Assembly (NCBI GenBank): GCA_002862785.1
Contig: PKDZ01000015.1
Coordinates: forward strand, 13,716-77,715
Direction: 5' to 3'
DNA from: Flavobacteriales bacterium
GTDB lineage: Bacteria; Bacteroidota; Bacteroidia; Flavobacteriales_D; Sanyastnellaceae
Length of the DNA stretch: 64,000 nucleotides
Of the stretch, positions 44,080-53,577 are shown one piece after another. The notes beneath the pieces were generated by a model that worked only from the letters and a program-made list of their open reading frames with translations, made no database searches and was not told where the DNA came from. The translations under genes were made by a program, and so were the position numbers. Each line of letters opens with the position of its first letter. Positions within the stretch are counted from its first letter, which is position 1.

Positions 44080-45809
44080 TCGGCGTCGATCTTGGCCTTC
44101 AAGCGGACCGCATCACCTCCTGCGTCCAGGGAATCTGTCCACCGGCCTCGGGCCTCGTCCAAGCGCCCCAGCGCCTGCAGAATGTCTCCGGCATGCTCAA
44201 GGACGGTGGCGCCCGGGGCCTCTCCACCATGGGCGATGGACAGTTCGATCCAGGTGAGGGCCTCCTCATGGTCTCCCGCTTGGTGGAGTGCCCAGGCGTA
44301 GGTGTCCTCAAAGTTCGCGTTGCCAGGAGACAGGGCCACCACCTGAGCGGCGAGTTCCACGGAACGTTCCGGCTTGACCTCCCGCTCGGCGAGGTAGTAG
44401 GCGTAATTGTTCAGGGCGAGGATGTTGGTGGGGTTGGCCTCGAGGGCCGACTCGAACCACTGGTCGGATTCAGCGTGGTCTCCTCGATCATGGGCGATTT
44501 GGGCCAGCGTGGACAGGACGTCGGACTCGAACTCGGGACGGTCCACGATGAGGTTGCGGGCCATCTTGAGCTGGCGCTCGGCTCCTCGATCGTCTCCATT
44601 CTCCAACTTGGCCAGGCCACGGAAGTAGGGGAAGACGGGCAGGTTGGGGAACCGAATGCCGGCCCGTTCGGTCAGCTGGTCCACCGCGTCCCACGCTTCG
44701 AGGTCAATCGCCAGCTGGCAGGCGTCGAGCCAGCGTTCGGGTGAATTGGCGTCGAGCTCCAATCCGGATTCGAGGGCGTCAAGGGCACCCTCCGTGTCCC
44801 CTTCGATGTCGCGGAGGGCGGCGAGGATGTCGAACGGCTCCGCCTCTCTGGGGTGGGCTTCGATGAGCAGATCAATCAGGGCAGCGGCTTCGGGCCGGAG
44901 GTCCTGTTGGATCTCGGCCAGTTCGACATACGTCCATGCGATGTCGGCCTTCTCCGCCATGGGCACCTCGTCCGAGGCAAAGGCGATCCTCACGTGACGG
45001 CGGGCGCCGTCTGTGTCCCCTTGTCGGGTCAAGATGTGCGCCCATTCGAGGTGGAGACGGCCGTTTTCCGAACGGGCCAGTGCAGTCTGAAGTGCGGATT
45101 CAGCTTCCTGTTGTCTCCCGAGACTGGTCAAAATGCGCGCGCGCTGAAGGGTGGCCTCCACCACATCCGGGAAGTCTTCCTCGAGTCGGACGAGGGCCTC
45201 CAGGCCAGCCTCGACGTCGCCGGCGGCCATGTGGAGTCGGTGGCGGTCGAAATGCCATTCGGGGTCTGGACCCCATTCCCGTTCGAGGACGTCCACCACC
45301 TCCAATGCCCCGGACAGGTCGCCCTGTGCGGTGCGGAGGTCGAGCAACCGGCGCGCGGAGAGATCGTCTTCCGGCTTGTTTTCCAGAATCCATTCGAGTG
45401 CGGCATCGGCCTCCGCGTACAGGCCGAGTTCGAAGGCGATTTCAGCCAGCTCCTTCCGGTACCAGGCGTTGGCACCATTCAAGGCATTGGCCTCGAGGAT
45501 GGCGGCATGGGCGCCAGCCCAGTTCTCGGCCTCCCGCTCCAAGCGGGCGAGTTCGTAATGAACCACGGCTTCCGTCGGATCGGCATCAAGACAGGACAAC
45601 AAGGCCTCCTTGGCACCCGCCCGGTCCCCTTTCAGCTTGGCGACCTGCGCGTTGTAGAACGCCTTGTGAAAGGCCTGGTCGACTCCCCCCATGACCATAT
45701 CCCCTCCTTTTTTCGCCCCGCCGAGCACGGCACACCCGGACAGGACCAACGCGAGGACGCAGGGCCATCCGGCAGCGGACAGACAGGATCGGCGGGAGGA
45801 GGGCCTCAT
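44076..45809 (-). CDS. Tetratricopeptide-repeat lipoprotein
   Basis: Lipobox LVLSGC followed by many TPR-like helical pairs (A..Y...A......A...L). I chose ATG 45809 because it overlaps the upstream stop (ATGA); the track ORF starts at TTG 45821. Confidence 0.8.
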   Translation of the reverse strand: MRPSSRRSCLSAAGWPCVLALVLSGCAVLGGAKKGGDMVMGGVDQAFHKAFYNAQVAKLKGDRAGAKEALLSCLDADPTEAVVHYELARLEREAENWAGAHAAILEANALNGANAWYRKELAEIAFELGLYAEADAALEWILENKPEDDLSARRLLDLRTAQGDLSGALEVVDVLEREWGPDPEWHFDRHRLHMAAGDVEAGLEALVRLEEDFPDVVEATLQRARILTSLGRQQEAESALQTALARSENGRLHLEWAHILTRQGDTDGARRHVRIAFASDEVPMAEKADIAWTYVELAEIQQDLRPEAAALIDLLIEAHPREAEPFDILAALRDIEGDTEGALDALESGLELDANSPERWLDACQLAIDLEAWDAVDQLTERAGIRFPNLPVFPYFRGLAKLENGDDRGAERQLKMARNLIVDRPEFESDVLSTLAQIAHDRGDHAESDQWFESALEANPTNILALNNYAYYLAEREVKPERSVELAAQVVALSPGNANFEDTYAWALHQAGDHEEALTWIELSIAHGGEAPGATVLEHAGDILQALGRLDEARGRWTDSLDAGGDAVRLKAKIDAE

Positions 45810-46807
45810 TCGATTTCGCAATAATCGCCCACGCTGAGGTCACCGGCACGGCGGACGACCCGGGCATGGTGTCCAATCATGGCGCCGTCGAGGTGCACTC
45901 CGTCCAAGGTGGTGTGGCCTCCAATGAGGCTGTCCCGGACCACGGACCGCTCGATGGCGGTGTCTGGACCTACGGTGACACGCGGGCCGACGACGGAGTG
46001 ACGAATCGTGGCCCCCGGGAGGATTTCGCAGGGCGGCAGGATGATGCTGTCCTCGACGGTGGCGCCGTCATGGACCTTGGCCTCGTCTCCCATGAACTCA
46101 AGGACACGTCCATTGGTCTCCACGGTCACCTTGCGGTTCCCGCAATCCATCCAGGCGGAGACCTCGCCGGGGAGAAACCGGTCGCCTTGCTCGGTCAGGG
46201 CGCGCAGGGCGTCGGGCAGCTGGAATTCGCCCCCCTTGCGCACATCGCCGTCAATGAGTTTGCCGATTTCGCGGCGCAGCCCCGCGCCGTCCTTGAAGTG
46301 GTAGATGCCGATCATCGCCAAATCGGAAACGGGTTCTTCAGGCTTTTCCGCATACTCCCGAATCACGCCGTCTCCGTCGAGCACGACCACCCCGAATTGC
46401 CTCGGGTCCTCGATCCGCTTCACGAAGAGGTGGCCGTCCGCTGAGGGGTCCAAGGCAAAGTCGGCGCGGAAGAGGGTGTCGGCAAAGGCCACCACCGTCT
46501 CGCCTTCAAGCAAGTCTTCTGCGCACCAGACGGCATGGGCCGTGCCCAACGGTTGCTCTTGGTGGCGAATGTGACCGGTCGCTCCGAGGGAGTCGGCCAA
46601 GGCGAGCAGGTCGGCCTCGACCGCTGGTCCGAAATCGCCGATGACGAAGGCGATGTGGTCGAACGGCCGGGGCGTCATCGCCGCGAGATCCTCCACGAGG
46701 CGCTGGACGATGGGCTTGCCCGCCACGTGGACGAGTGGCTTCGGGACGGTCAGGGTGTGAGGCCGGAGGCGGCTGCCCCGCCCGGCCATGGGGATGATGA
46801 GGTTCAT
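45806..46807 (-). CDS. Sugar-phosphate nucleotidyltransferase with a C-terminal left-handed beta-helix domain
   Basis: Starts [26 protein letters not shown] (GxGxR NTP-transferase motif). Hexapeptide-like repeats at the C-terminus. Confidence 0.8.
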   Translation of the reverse strand: MNLIIPMAGRGSRLRPHTLTVPKPLVHVAGKPIVQRLVEDLAAMTPRPFDHIAFVIGDFGPAVEADLLALADSLGATGHIRHQEQPLGTAHAVWCAEDLLEGETVVAFADTLFRADFALDPSADGHLFVKRIEDPRQFGVVVLDGDGVIREYAEKPEEPVSDLAMIGIYHFKDGAGLRREIGKLIDGDVRKGGEFQLPDALRALTEQGDRFLPGEVSAWMDCGNRKVTVETNGRVLEFMGDEAKVHDGATVEDSIILPPCEILPGATIRHSVVGPRVTVGPDTAIERSVVRDSLIGGHTTLDGVHLDGAMIGHHARVVRRAGDLSVGDYCEIE

Positions 46808-47268
46808 TCGGTTCCAGTGTGTCCGAATCCCCCGACACCGCGGTCGGTGAGGGCGAGGTCGGCAGGTTGATTGACAGGGGCCCATTCGACACGGGCATAG
46901 GAGGCGACGACGAGCTGGGCGATCCGTTCCCCGGGCTCAAGGGTGAACGGCTCCTGTCCATGGTGGATGAGAATCACGCCGATTTCGCCGCGATAGTCGG
47001 CGTCAATGGTGCCCGGGCTGTTGAGGACGGTCAGGCCATGCTTGTAGGCCAACCCACTCCGTGGACGGACCTGTGCTTCGAATCCATCCGGCAACTCGAT
47101 GTGGAGTCCTGTCGGAACGAGGCGGCGTTCCCCGGGCTGGAGCACGACGGGTCCGTCCAGGCGGGCGCGCAGGTCGAGCCCAGCACTTTGGGGGGTCGCA
47201 TACTCGGGCAGGGGGTTTGAGCCAATGTTGGCGACCCGAACGCGCACGGGGTGGTGGTGTTCGGTCAT
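46804..47268 (-). CDS. dut: dUTP diphosphatase
   Basis: Contains [35 protein letters not shown] and the C-terminal [10 protein letters not shown] motif. Confidence 0.95.
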   Translation of the reverse strand: MTEHHHPVRVRVANIGSNPLPEYATPQSAGLDLRARLDGPVVLQPGERRLVPTGLHIELPDGFEAQVRPRSGLAYKHGLTVLNSPGTIDADYRGEIGVILIHHGQEPFTLEPGERIAQLVVASYARVEWAPVNQPADLALTDRGVGGFGHTGTE

Positions 47269-47270
47269 CC

Positions 47271-48041
47271 TCAGAACGCGGGCTTTCTCTTCTCGAGGAA
47301 GGCGGCCACGCCCTCCTTGAAATCAGGGTGTTCGAAGCACCGGCCGAACTGGTCAATCTCCACCTCGAACCCCTCGGCGCTGCCGCTGGATTGCACCGCA
47401 CGGATGGCGGCGGCTTGGGCGTTCGGGCTGTTGGCTGTGAGCCGCCCGGCCATGTCGAGCGCTCGCTCCAAGAGCTCCGGCCGTTCGACCACCTGGCCCA
47501 CGAGGCCCATGGACAGCGCTTCGTCGGCCTTGACCATCCTCGCGCTCAGGATCATGTCCATGGCGCGACCCGTGCCCACGATGCGGGCCAGCCGCTGGGT
47601 TCCACCATAGCCGGGGATGAGGCCAAGCGTGACCTCGGGCAGGCCCATGCGGGCGGTGTCGGAGGCGATGCGGATGTGGCAGGCCAAGGCCAATTCGAGA
47701 CCCCCACCGAGGGCGAATCCACCGATGGCGGCGATGAAGGGGGTCCGAGACAGGGCAATGGCATCGAACAGGGTCCGTTGTCCCCGCTCGGCGAGCGCGC
47801 GCCCCTCCGCGCCGTTGAAGTCGGCGAATTCTTTGATGTCGGCGCCGGCCACGAAGGCCTTCTCGCCCGATCCGGTCAGAATCACGCACCGGACTTCATC
47901 CCGGTGTTGGACGGCTTCGACCATGTGGCCGAGCTCGGCGATGAGAGCGCCGTTGAGGGCATTGAGTTGCTGGGGACGGTTCAGGGTCCACACGGCCACC
48001 GGGCCGTGCAGCGTCTCGCTGACGAGGGAGGTCTCGGACAT
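47271..48041 (-). CDS. Enoyl-CoA hydratase/isomerase (crotonase) family protein
   Basis: Contains [40 protein letters not shown] and [17 protein letters not shown]. Confidence 0.9.
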   Translation of the reverse strand: MSETSLVSETLHGPVAVWTLNRPQQLNALNGALIAELGHMVEAVQHRDEVRCVILTGSGEKAFVAGADIKEFADFNGAEGRALAERGQRTLFDAIALSRTPFIAAIGGFALGGGLELALACHIRIASDTARMGLPEVTLGLIPGYGGTQRLARIVGTGRAMDMILSARMVKADEALSMGLVGQVVERPELLERALDMAGRLTANSPNAQAAAIRAVQSSGSAEGFEVEIDQFGRCFEHPDFKEGVAAFLEKRKPAF

Positions 48042-48050
48042 GGTCCGAAA

Positions 48051-49697
48051 TTAGTCAATCGAACCCCCTCCGGCGGCCTGGAGTCTGCGGGTTACGGGGT
48101 GCTCGGGTGTGGACCAGATGGATTGCGAGTCGGCGGATTCCACCACGGTTCCCCTGTCCATCACCACGGTGTGGTCACAGAGGTATCGGATGACCCCAAG
48201 GTCATGGCTGATGAAGAGCAGCGCGAGGCCACGCTCCGCTTGCAGTTGCACGAGCAGATTGAGCACCTGAGCCTGCACGCTCACATCGAGGGCCGCCACG
48301 GCTTCGTCGCACAGGAGAAGCCGGGGTCGGGCGGCGAGGGCGCGGGCAATGACGATGCGCTGGCGTTGTCCACCGGAAAAGGCATCCGGGTGCTTGTCGA
48401 GGTCGGAGCGGTCGAGCCCCACCGACTCGAGCAAGGTGCCGGCTTCGTCCCAGGCTTCCTTCTTGTCCGTGCCCCAGCGAATGAGCACTTCTTCGAGAAC
48501 AGAGCCGATGCGCTTGGCGGGGTTCAAGGCCGCCCGGGGATCCTGGAAGACGAGGCCGGCGTGCGCCCGGATGTGTCGGAGGTCCTCCGGATGCCCATTT
48601 TGCACCTCCCTTCCAGCCAGCGCAATAGAGCCGGAGTCGAGGGGGTGGAGCCCGAGGATGGCCCGGGCCAGGGTGGTCTTTCCACACCCACTTCCCCCTA
48701 CGATGCCGAGGCTTCCCCCTTCGCGCAACACGAGGGACACATCTTGGATGGCGGGTTCTTGTGAGCCGGGATAGGTTTTGGTGGCTCCCCGGACCTCGAG
48801 GAGGACCGGGGCTTCCTCGGGCACGGACTGAATCTCATTTTGTCCCCCCATCTCGGTCTCTCCGGACAGGTAGGTGTCCATGACCGGCAATGGGGTCGGA
48901 CGCCCAAATCTTGGAATCCGGCAGGCGAGCAGCCCGCGGGTGTAAGGATGGGCGGGCCGGGTGAGCACCCCTTTCACAGGACCCTGCTCGACGACCTCGC
49001 CGCGGAAGAGCACGGCGACACGGTCTGCATGCCGCTCTACCACCTCCATATCGTGGGTCACCAGGACCATGGCCAATCCCCGGCGCCGCTGTAAGGTGCG
49101 CAACAGGGAGAGGAGTTCTGCCCTCAATGTGCTGTCGAGGGCGGTGGTGGGTTCGTCGGCGAGCAGGATGTCCGGGTCGTTGGACAGGGCCATGGCGATG
49201 AGGATGCGCTGCTTCTGTCCCCCCGACAATTCGTGTGGATAGGCCTTCATTGCTCGCTCGACATCGGGCATCTGCACCTCCTCGAGGAGGCTCCGAACCT
49301 TGTTCATGGCCGCTCGACGGTCCATGGCCGAATGACGACGGAGGACCAATTCGAGCTGACGGCCGCACCGCATGGTCGGGTCTAGGCTCGTCATGGGTTC
49401 CTGGAACACCATGGCGACGCGGTCCCCTCTGGGAATCTCGACCAGGTCCTCGTCCGCAGCCGATGACCATGTGCACCCCAAGCCTTCGATGCGCCCCGAG
49501 GTCAAGCGTCCCCCGTCAGGCAGCATGCCGAGGGCGGCCATGCAACACAGGGTCTTGCCCGACCCGCTCTCTCCGACGAGCGCCAGGCATTCGCCCCGGT
49601 GCACGGCGAGACCAATGTCCTTCAGGATGGACCGGCCCCGAATCTCGAGGCTGACGTGGTCCCAGAGGAGGGCGGGGGTGGCGTCAGAGGGTGCCAC
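48051..49697 (-). CDS. ABC transporter ATP-binding protein with two fused ABC domains (DppD/DppF-, YejF-like)
   Basis: Two Walker A motifs (GESGSGKT, GGSGCGKT), two signatures (LSGGQKQR, FSGGQRQR) and two Walker B/D-loop motifs. The start is provisional: GTG 49697, overlapping the hppD 3' end by 14 nt. Confidence 0.85.
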   Translation of the reverse strand: MAPSDATPALLWDHVSLEIRGRSILKDIGLAVHRGECLALVGESGSGKTLCCMAALGMLPDGGRLTSGRIEGLGCTWSSAADEDLVEIPRGDRVAMVFQEPMTSLDPTMRCGRQLELVLRRHSAMDRRAAMNKVRSLLEEVQMPDVERAMKAYPHELSGGQKQRILIAMALSNDPDILLADEPTTALDSTLRAELLSLLRTLQRRRGLAMVLVTHDMEVVERHADRVAVLFRGEVVEQGPVKGVLTRPAHPYTRGLLACRIPRFGRPTPLPVMDTYLSGETEMGGQNEIQSVPEEAPVLLEVRGATKTYPGSQEPAIQDVSLVLREGGSLGIVGGSGCGKTTLARAILGLHPLDSGSIALAGREVQNGHPEDLRHIRAHAGLVFQDPRAALNPAKRIGSVLEEVLIRWGTDKKEAWDEAGTLLESVGLDRSDLDKHPDAFSGGQRQRIVIARALAARPRLLLCDEAVAALDVSVQAQVLNLLVQLQAERGLALLFISHDLGVIRYLCDHTVVMDRGTVVESADSQSIWSTPEHPVTRRLQAAGGGSID

Positions 49698-50823
49698 GCA
49701 GGGCTTGCTCGCGTTCGATGGCTTCGAAGAGCGCCTTGAAGTTGCCCTTGCCGAAGCTCTGGGCACCCTTGCGCTGGATGATTTCGAAGAACATGGTCGG
49801 CCGGTCCACGACCGGCTTCGTGAAGATCTGCAACAAATAGCCCTCGTCATCCCGGTCGATCAGGATGCCGAGGTCGCGCAGCGGTTCAAGGTCCTCGTCG
49901 ATCTCGCCCACCCGGTCGAGGACCGTGTCGTAGTAAATACCCGGCACCTTCAGGAACTCGATGCCGCGGGCCTGGAGCTCGGTGACCGTCTCGATGATGT
50001 TGTCCGTGGCCACGGCGATGTGCTGGACGCCGGCACCTTGGTAGAAGTCGATGTACTCCTCGATCTGGGACTTCTTCCGGCCTTCGGCGGGTTCATTGAT
50101 CGGGAACTTGATGCGCCCGTTTCCATTGCTCATCACCTTGGACATCAAGGCGGTGTATTCGGTGGAAATGTCCTTGTCGTCAAAGGAGATCAGCTGGGCA
50201 AAGCCCATCACCTTGGCGTAGAACTTACACCAGGTGTTCATCTCGCCCCAGCCGACGTTGCCGACCATGTGGTCGATGTACTTCAGGCCGACGGCGGGCG
50301 CCATGCCCTTCGGGTTCCACGGCTGGTATCCCGGGAGGAACACCCCGTTGTAGGCCTTCCGTTCGACGAAGACGTGGATGGTGTCTCCGTAAGTCTCGAT
50401 GCCGCTCAGGACCACCTTTCCGTCACTGTCTTCCCGCGTCTCGGGCGCAAAGGCGCTGACTGCCCCGCGCGAAGTGGTTTCCTTCCAGCTCTTCTCCGCA
50501 TCGTCTACCCAGAGAGCGACGGCCTTGACGCCGTCGCCGTGGCGGTTCAGGTGGTCGTTGAGCGGTCCGTCCGCGACCAGCGGTGTCGTCAGGACCAGCG
50601 TGATTTTGTCCTGGCGCAGCACGTAGCTGACGCTGTCGTGACTTCCGGTCTCCAACCCCTTGAAGGCCAGCGGCTGATAGCCCCACGCATTCATGTAATA
50701 GTAGGCGCTCTGCTTGGCATTGCCGACGATCAGCTCAACGTGGTCGGTGCCGAGCAAAGGCAGGAAGTCGTCAGCCTCAGGGACGACGATCTCGGGTTGG
50801 GGAGTCTGCTGTTCCATGGTCAT
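49684..50823 (-). CDS. hppD: 4-hydroxyphenylpyruvate dioxygenase
   Basis: 379 aa with two VOC-fold halves. Contains GAGVQHIAVATDNI and C-terminal FFEIIQRKGAQSFGKGNFKALFEAIEREQ. Confidence 0.9.
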   Translation of the reverse strand: MTMEQQTPQPEIVVPEADDFLPLLGTDHVELIVGNAKQSAYYYMNAWGYQPLAFKGLETGSHDSVSYVLRQDKITLVLTTPLVADGPLNDHLNRHGDGVKAVALWVDDAEKSWKETTSRGAVSAFAPETREDSDGKVVLSGIETYGDTIHVFVERKAYNGVFLPGYQPWNPKGMAPAVGLKYIDHMVGNVGWGEMNTWCKFYAKVMGFAQLISFDDKDISTEYTALMSKVMSNGNGRIKFPINEPAEGRKKSQIEEYIDFYQGAGVQHIAVATDNIIETVTELQARGIEFLKVPGIYYDTVLDRVGEIDEDLEPLRDLGILIDRDDEGYLLQIFTKPVVDRPTMFFEIIQRKGAQSFGKGNFKALFEAIEREQALRGTL

Positions 50824-50831
50824 GGCAGGGT

Positions 50832-52016
50832 TCAGTCAATGATCTTCGGAGTGTAGCCCAGCCAGCTCTGATGGTAGCCGCCGTCTTCAATGTCGATGGC
50901 CTGCTGGGTCAGGCGCAGCGGGCGGAAGGTGTCTACCATGACGGCGAGTTCGGCCGTGCCGGTCTTGCCGATGGAGCCTTCGTAGGTGCCGGGGTGGGGC
51001 CCGTGCGGAATGCCGCCGGGATGCAGCGTCAGGTCGCCGCGCGAGATGCCCTTGCGGCTCATGAAGTTGCCCTCGACGTAATACAGCACCTCGTCGGAAT
51101 CGATGTTGCTGTGGTTGTAAGGCGCGGGAATGGACTTGGGATGGTAATCGTACAGCCGCGGGCAGAAGCTGCAGATGACGAAGGCATCCGTCTCGAAGGT
51201 CTGGTGCACCGGTGGCGGCTGGTGGACCCGGCCGGTGATGGGCTCGAAGTCGTGGATGGAGAAAGCGTAGGGAAAATGGTGCCCATCCCAGCCGACCACA
51301 TCAAACGGGTGGCGGGCATAGGTCGCCGTGTGGATCATGCCCTCCTTGCGGACGTCGATGGGGAATTCGCCGTCGCGGTCCACGGCCGGCACGTGCTCCG
51401 GCACGTGGAAGTCCCGCTCACAGAACGGGCTGTGCTCGAGCAGCTGCCCGAAATGGTTTCGATAGCGCTTCGGCGTCACGATGGGGTGGGCGCTTTCGAC
51501 GACCAGCCAACGCTGTTCCACGCCCTCGGCCGGCGCCCAGCGGTGGATGACGCCCCGCGGAATCACGAGGTAATCTCCAGGCCGGTAGGCCAGCGTGCCG
51601 AACATCGTCTCGAGGACGCCCTCTCCGTCGTGGATGAAGACAACCTCGTCGCTGTCGGCATTCTTGTAGAAGCGGTCGACGGGATCGGCCTCGCTTGGAC
51701 GGGCCACGGAGATGGTGCAGTCCGCATTGAACATCAGGGGCACCCGGGCCTGCAGTGCATGGCCGGAGGACGGGGCCTCGAATCCAGGAACACGGCGGGA
51801 GGTGAGGTTTTCTCGCACCCCTTCCACCGGACGGGCATCCACGGGGTCCGCCACCGACTTCACCATGGTCGGTGGGTACAGGTGGTAGAGCAGGGAGCTC
51901 ATTCCGACGAAGCCAATCGTGCCGAAGAGCTGCTCGTGGTGGAGCGTGCCATCGGCCTTGGGAAACTGCGTGTGGCGCTTGTGCGGAATCTGCCCGCGTT
52001 GCTGGTAGAAGGGCAT
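50832..52016 (-). CDS. hmgA: Homogentisate 1,2-dioxygenase
   Basis: 394 aa with a cupin core and metal-ligand region (YNHSNIDSDEVLYYV...HPGGIPHGPHPG). Lies immediately upstream of hppD. Confidence 0.85.
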   Translation of the reverse strand: MPFYQQRGQIPHKRHTQFPKADGTLHHEQLFGTIGFVGMSSLLYHLYPPTMVKSVADPVDARPVEGVRENLTSRRVPGFEAPSSGHALQARVPLMFNADCTISVARPSEADPVDRFYKNADSDEVVFIHDGEGVLETMFGTLAYRPGDYLVIPRGVIHRWAPAEGVEQRWLVVESAHPIVTPKRYRNHFGQLLEHSPFCERDFHVPEHVPAVDRDGEFPIDVRKEGMIHTATYARHPFDVVGWDGHHFPYAFSIHDFEPITGRVHQPPPVHQTFETDAFVICSFCPRLYDYHPKSIPAPYNHSNIDSDEVLYYVEGNFMSRKGISRGDLTLHPGGIPHGPHPGTYEGSIGKTGTAELAVMVDTFRPLRLTQQAIDIEDGGYHQSWLGYTPKIID

Positions 52017-52041
52017 GGAGGCAAGTTAGCGCGGAACGGGT

Positions 52042-53070
52042 TCAGCCCCCGCCGCCGAGGCGGGCGTACCAGGGAAGTGTTCCATCCTCGCGTGGTGGGA
52101 ACCGAAGGGGCACCTTGTAGCCGACCGGCAGGGCCTGATCCGGCCCCTTGTCGGTACGGTCCACAAGGACCTTGAGCTTGACGGCTTCGGCGTCGCTGAT
52201 GGTGCGCAGGGTTTCTCCCTCTTCTACGACGTGCCAATCCTGGGCCCCCCGACGGCGTTTGGGCTGGGTGTACAGCCTGCAGTTCGAGGCGAGGACGGTC
52301 GTACCATCGGCCCCCTTCAGGTCGTTGTACTTGCGCAGTTGCCAGACGGACAGTTCATGGGCGGCGGCCAGTTCGGCGAGGGATTCCCCAGCCAATCCCT
52401 GAATCCACGCCACATCGTTGGGGGAGATGCCGCTGGCCCGCGCCCCGCCGATGCGGACCGTCCGTCCGGTCTCGGTCGGATTTCCCGTTTCCCTCTCGTC
52501 CGCGACGTCCTGCTCGGGCTGGGGCATGCCACCCCGCTTGATCCATTGGATGCCCTCGTCGTCAAACCGGTCGAGTCCATGGCGCTCGATGAGCTCGATC
52601 AGGGCCTTGGCGTAGGTCGGGCTGGTCGCATACCCGCACCGCTTCAATCCCTTGGCCCACCCCTTGTAGTCATCGATGCGCAACACGAACAGGGAGGCGT
52701 ACCGGTCCCGCTTCAAGAAGAGACTGTGGTCGTGATAACTGTCCCGCGCGTCGTCGTAGACCCGGAAGCACTCACCCTTGCGGTCGTCATCGTGGTAGGT
52801 GCGGCCACCTTCCCACCCCTTGTGGCATTTGATGCCGAAGTGGTTGTTGGACTTCCGGCTGAGCTCGCTCTTGCCCGAACCGCTTTCCAGAATGCCCTGG
52901 GCCAACGTGATGCTGGCGGGAATGCGGTGCTCGACCATCTGGCGGATGGCTTCGTCCTTCCAGCGCTCGATGTAGGCCTCCTGGTCGGCTGCACCCGCGG
53001 CAAAAAGCAGCAAGGGCATCACCCAAAAAAGGCCGAGGGCCGACAGGCCAAGGAGATTTCGGAAGGGCAT
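52042..53070 (-). CDS. Glucosaminidase-domain peptidoglycan hydrolase with two LysM domains
   Basis: Contains IPASITLAQGILESGSGKSELSRKSNNHFGIK (GH73/FlgJ-like). The C-terminal half has two LysM-like units (H.V..GE.L..I). Confidence 0.8.
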   Translation of the reverse strand: MPFRNLLGLSALGLFWVMPLLLFAAGAADQEAYIERWKDEAIRQMVEHRIPASITLAQGILESGSGKSELSRKSNNHFGIKCHKGWEGGRTYHDDDRKGECFRVYDDARDSYHDHSLFLKRDRYASLFVLRIDDYKGWAKGLKRCGYATSPTYAKALIELIERHGLDRFDDEGIQWIKRGGMPQPEQDVADERETGNPTETGRTVRIGGARASGISPNDVAWIQGLAGESLAELAAAHELSVWQLRKYNDLKGADGTTVLASNCRLYTQPKRRRGAQDWHVVEEGETLRTISDAEAVKLKVLVDRTDKGPDQALPVGYKVPLRFPPREDGTLPWYARLGGGG

Positions 53071-53145
53071 GGAACAAAGGAACGCGAACCCACCCGTTTG
53101 CCGTGTACACATCAGGGGCGTTTCACCCACATCGGGGGGTTCAAT

Positions 53146-53577
53146 TCAGCCGCCTTCCTCAGCGTCGAAATCGCGGGTTTCGTTCGGTTGACCCGTCACA
53201 TCGAAGAAGTGCCACACCCCGGAAGGCTCCCCACTGGCGTGCTGGCCTTCGATGTGAGGAAGTCCGGAGGGATGCCATGTGCGGAAGAGCCCCTCCTTCT
53301 GCCCGGCGACATAATCAACCTGGCTCCAGGGCAGGCCATCTTCCCGGTAGGTGTTCCATGTGCCTTCCCGCATGCCGTCCACCATTCGGCCGCGGACGTG
53401 GAGCAGGCCATTCGAGTGGAACTGCTGGATTTCGTGGCCGGCCACGCCCTCTTCGAACCGATGCACTTCCTTGACCGTGCCGTCGGCCCAGCTGGAGACG
53501 ACCGTTTCGGTCTCCGAAGAGGCACAGCCAAACAGAACAAGGCACGAGGCCAGCAGGAGGATGAGCGTCGGCTTCAT
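53146..53577 (-). CDS. MORN-variant repeat (YwqK-like) lipoprotein
   Basis: Lipobox LVLFGC, then repeated G.w..y...G motifs (REGTWNTYREDG, KEGLFRTWHPSG, PSGVWHFFDVTG). Confidence 0.65.
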   Translation of the reverse strand: MKPTLILLLASCLVLFGCASSETETVVSSWADGTVKEVHRFEEGVAGHEIQQFHSNGLLHVRGRMVDGMREGTWNTYREDGLPWSQVDYVAGQKEGLFRTWHPSGLPHIEGQHASGEPSGVWHFFDVTGQPNETRDFDAEEGG

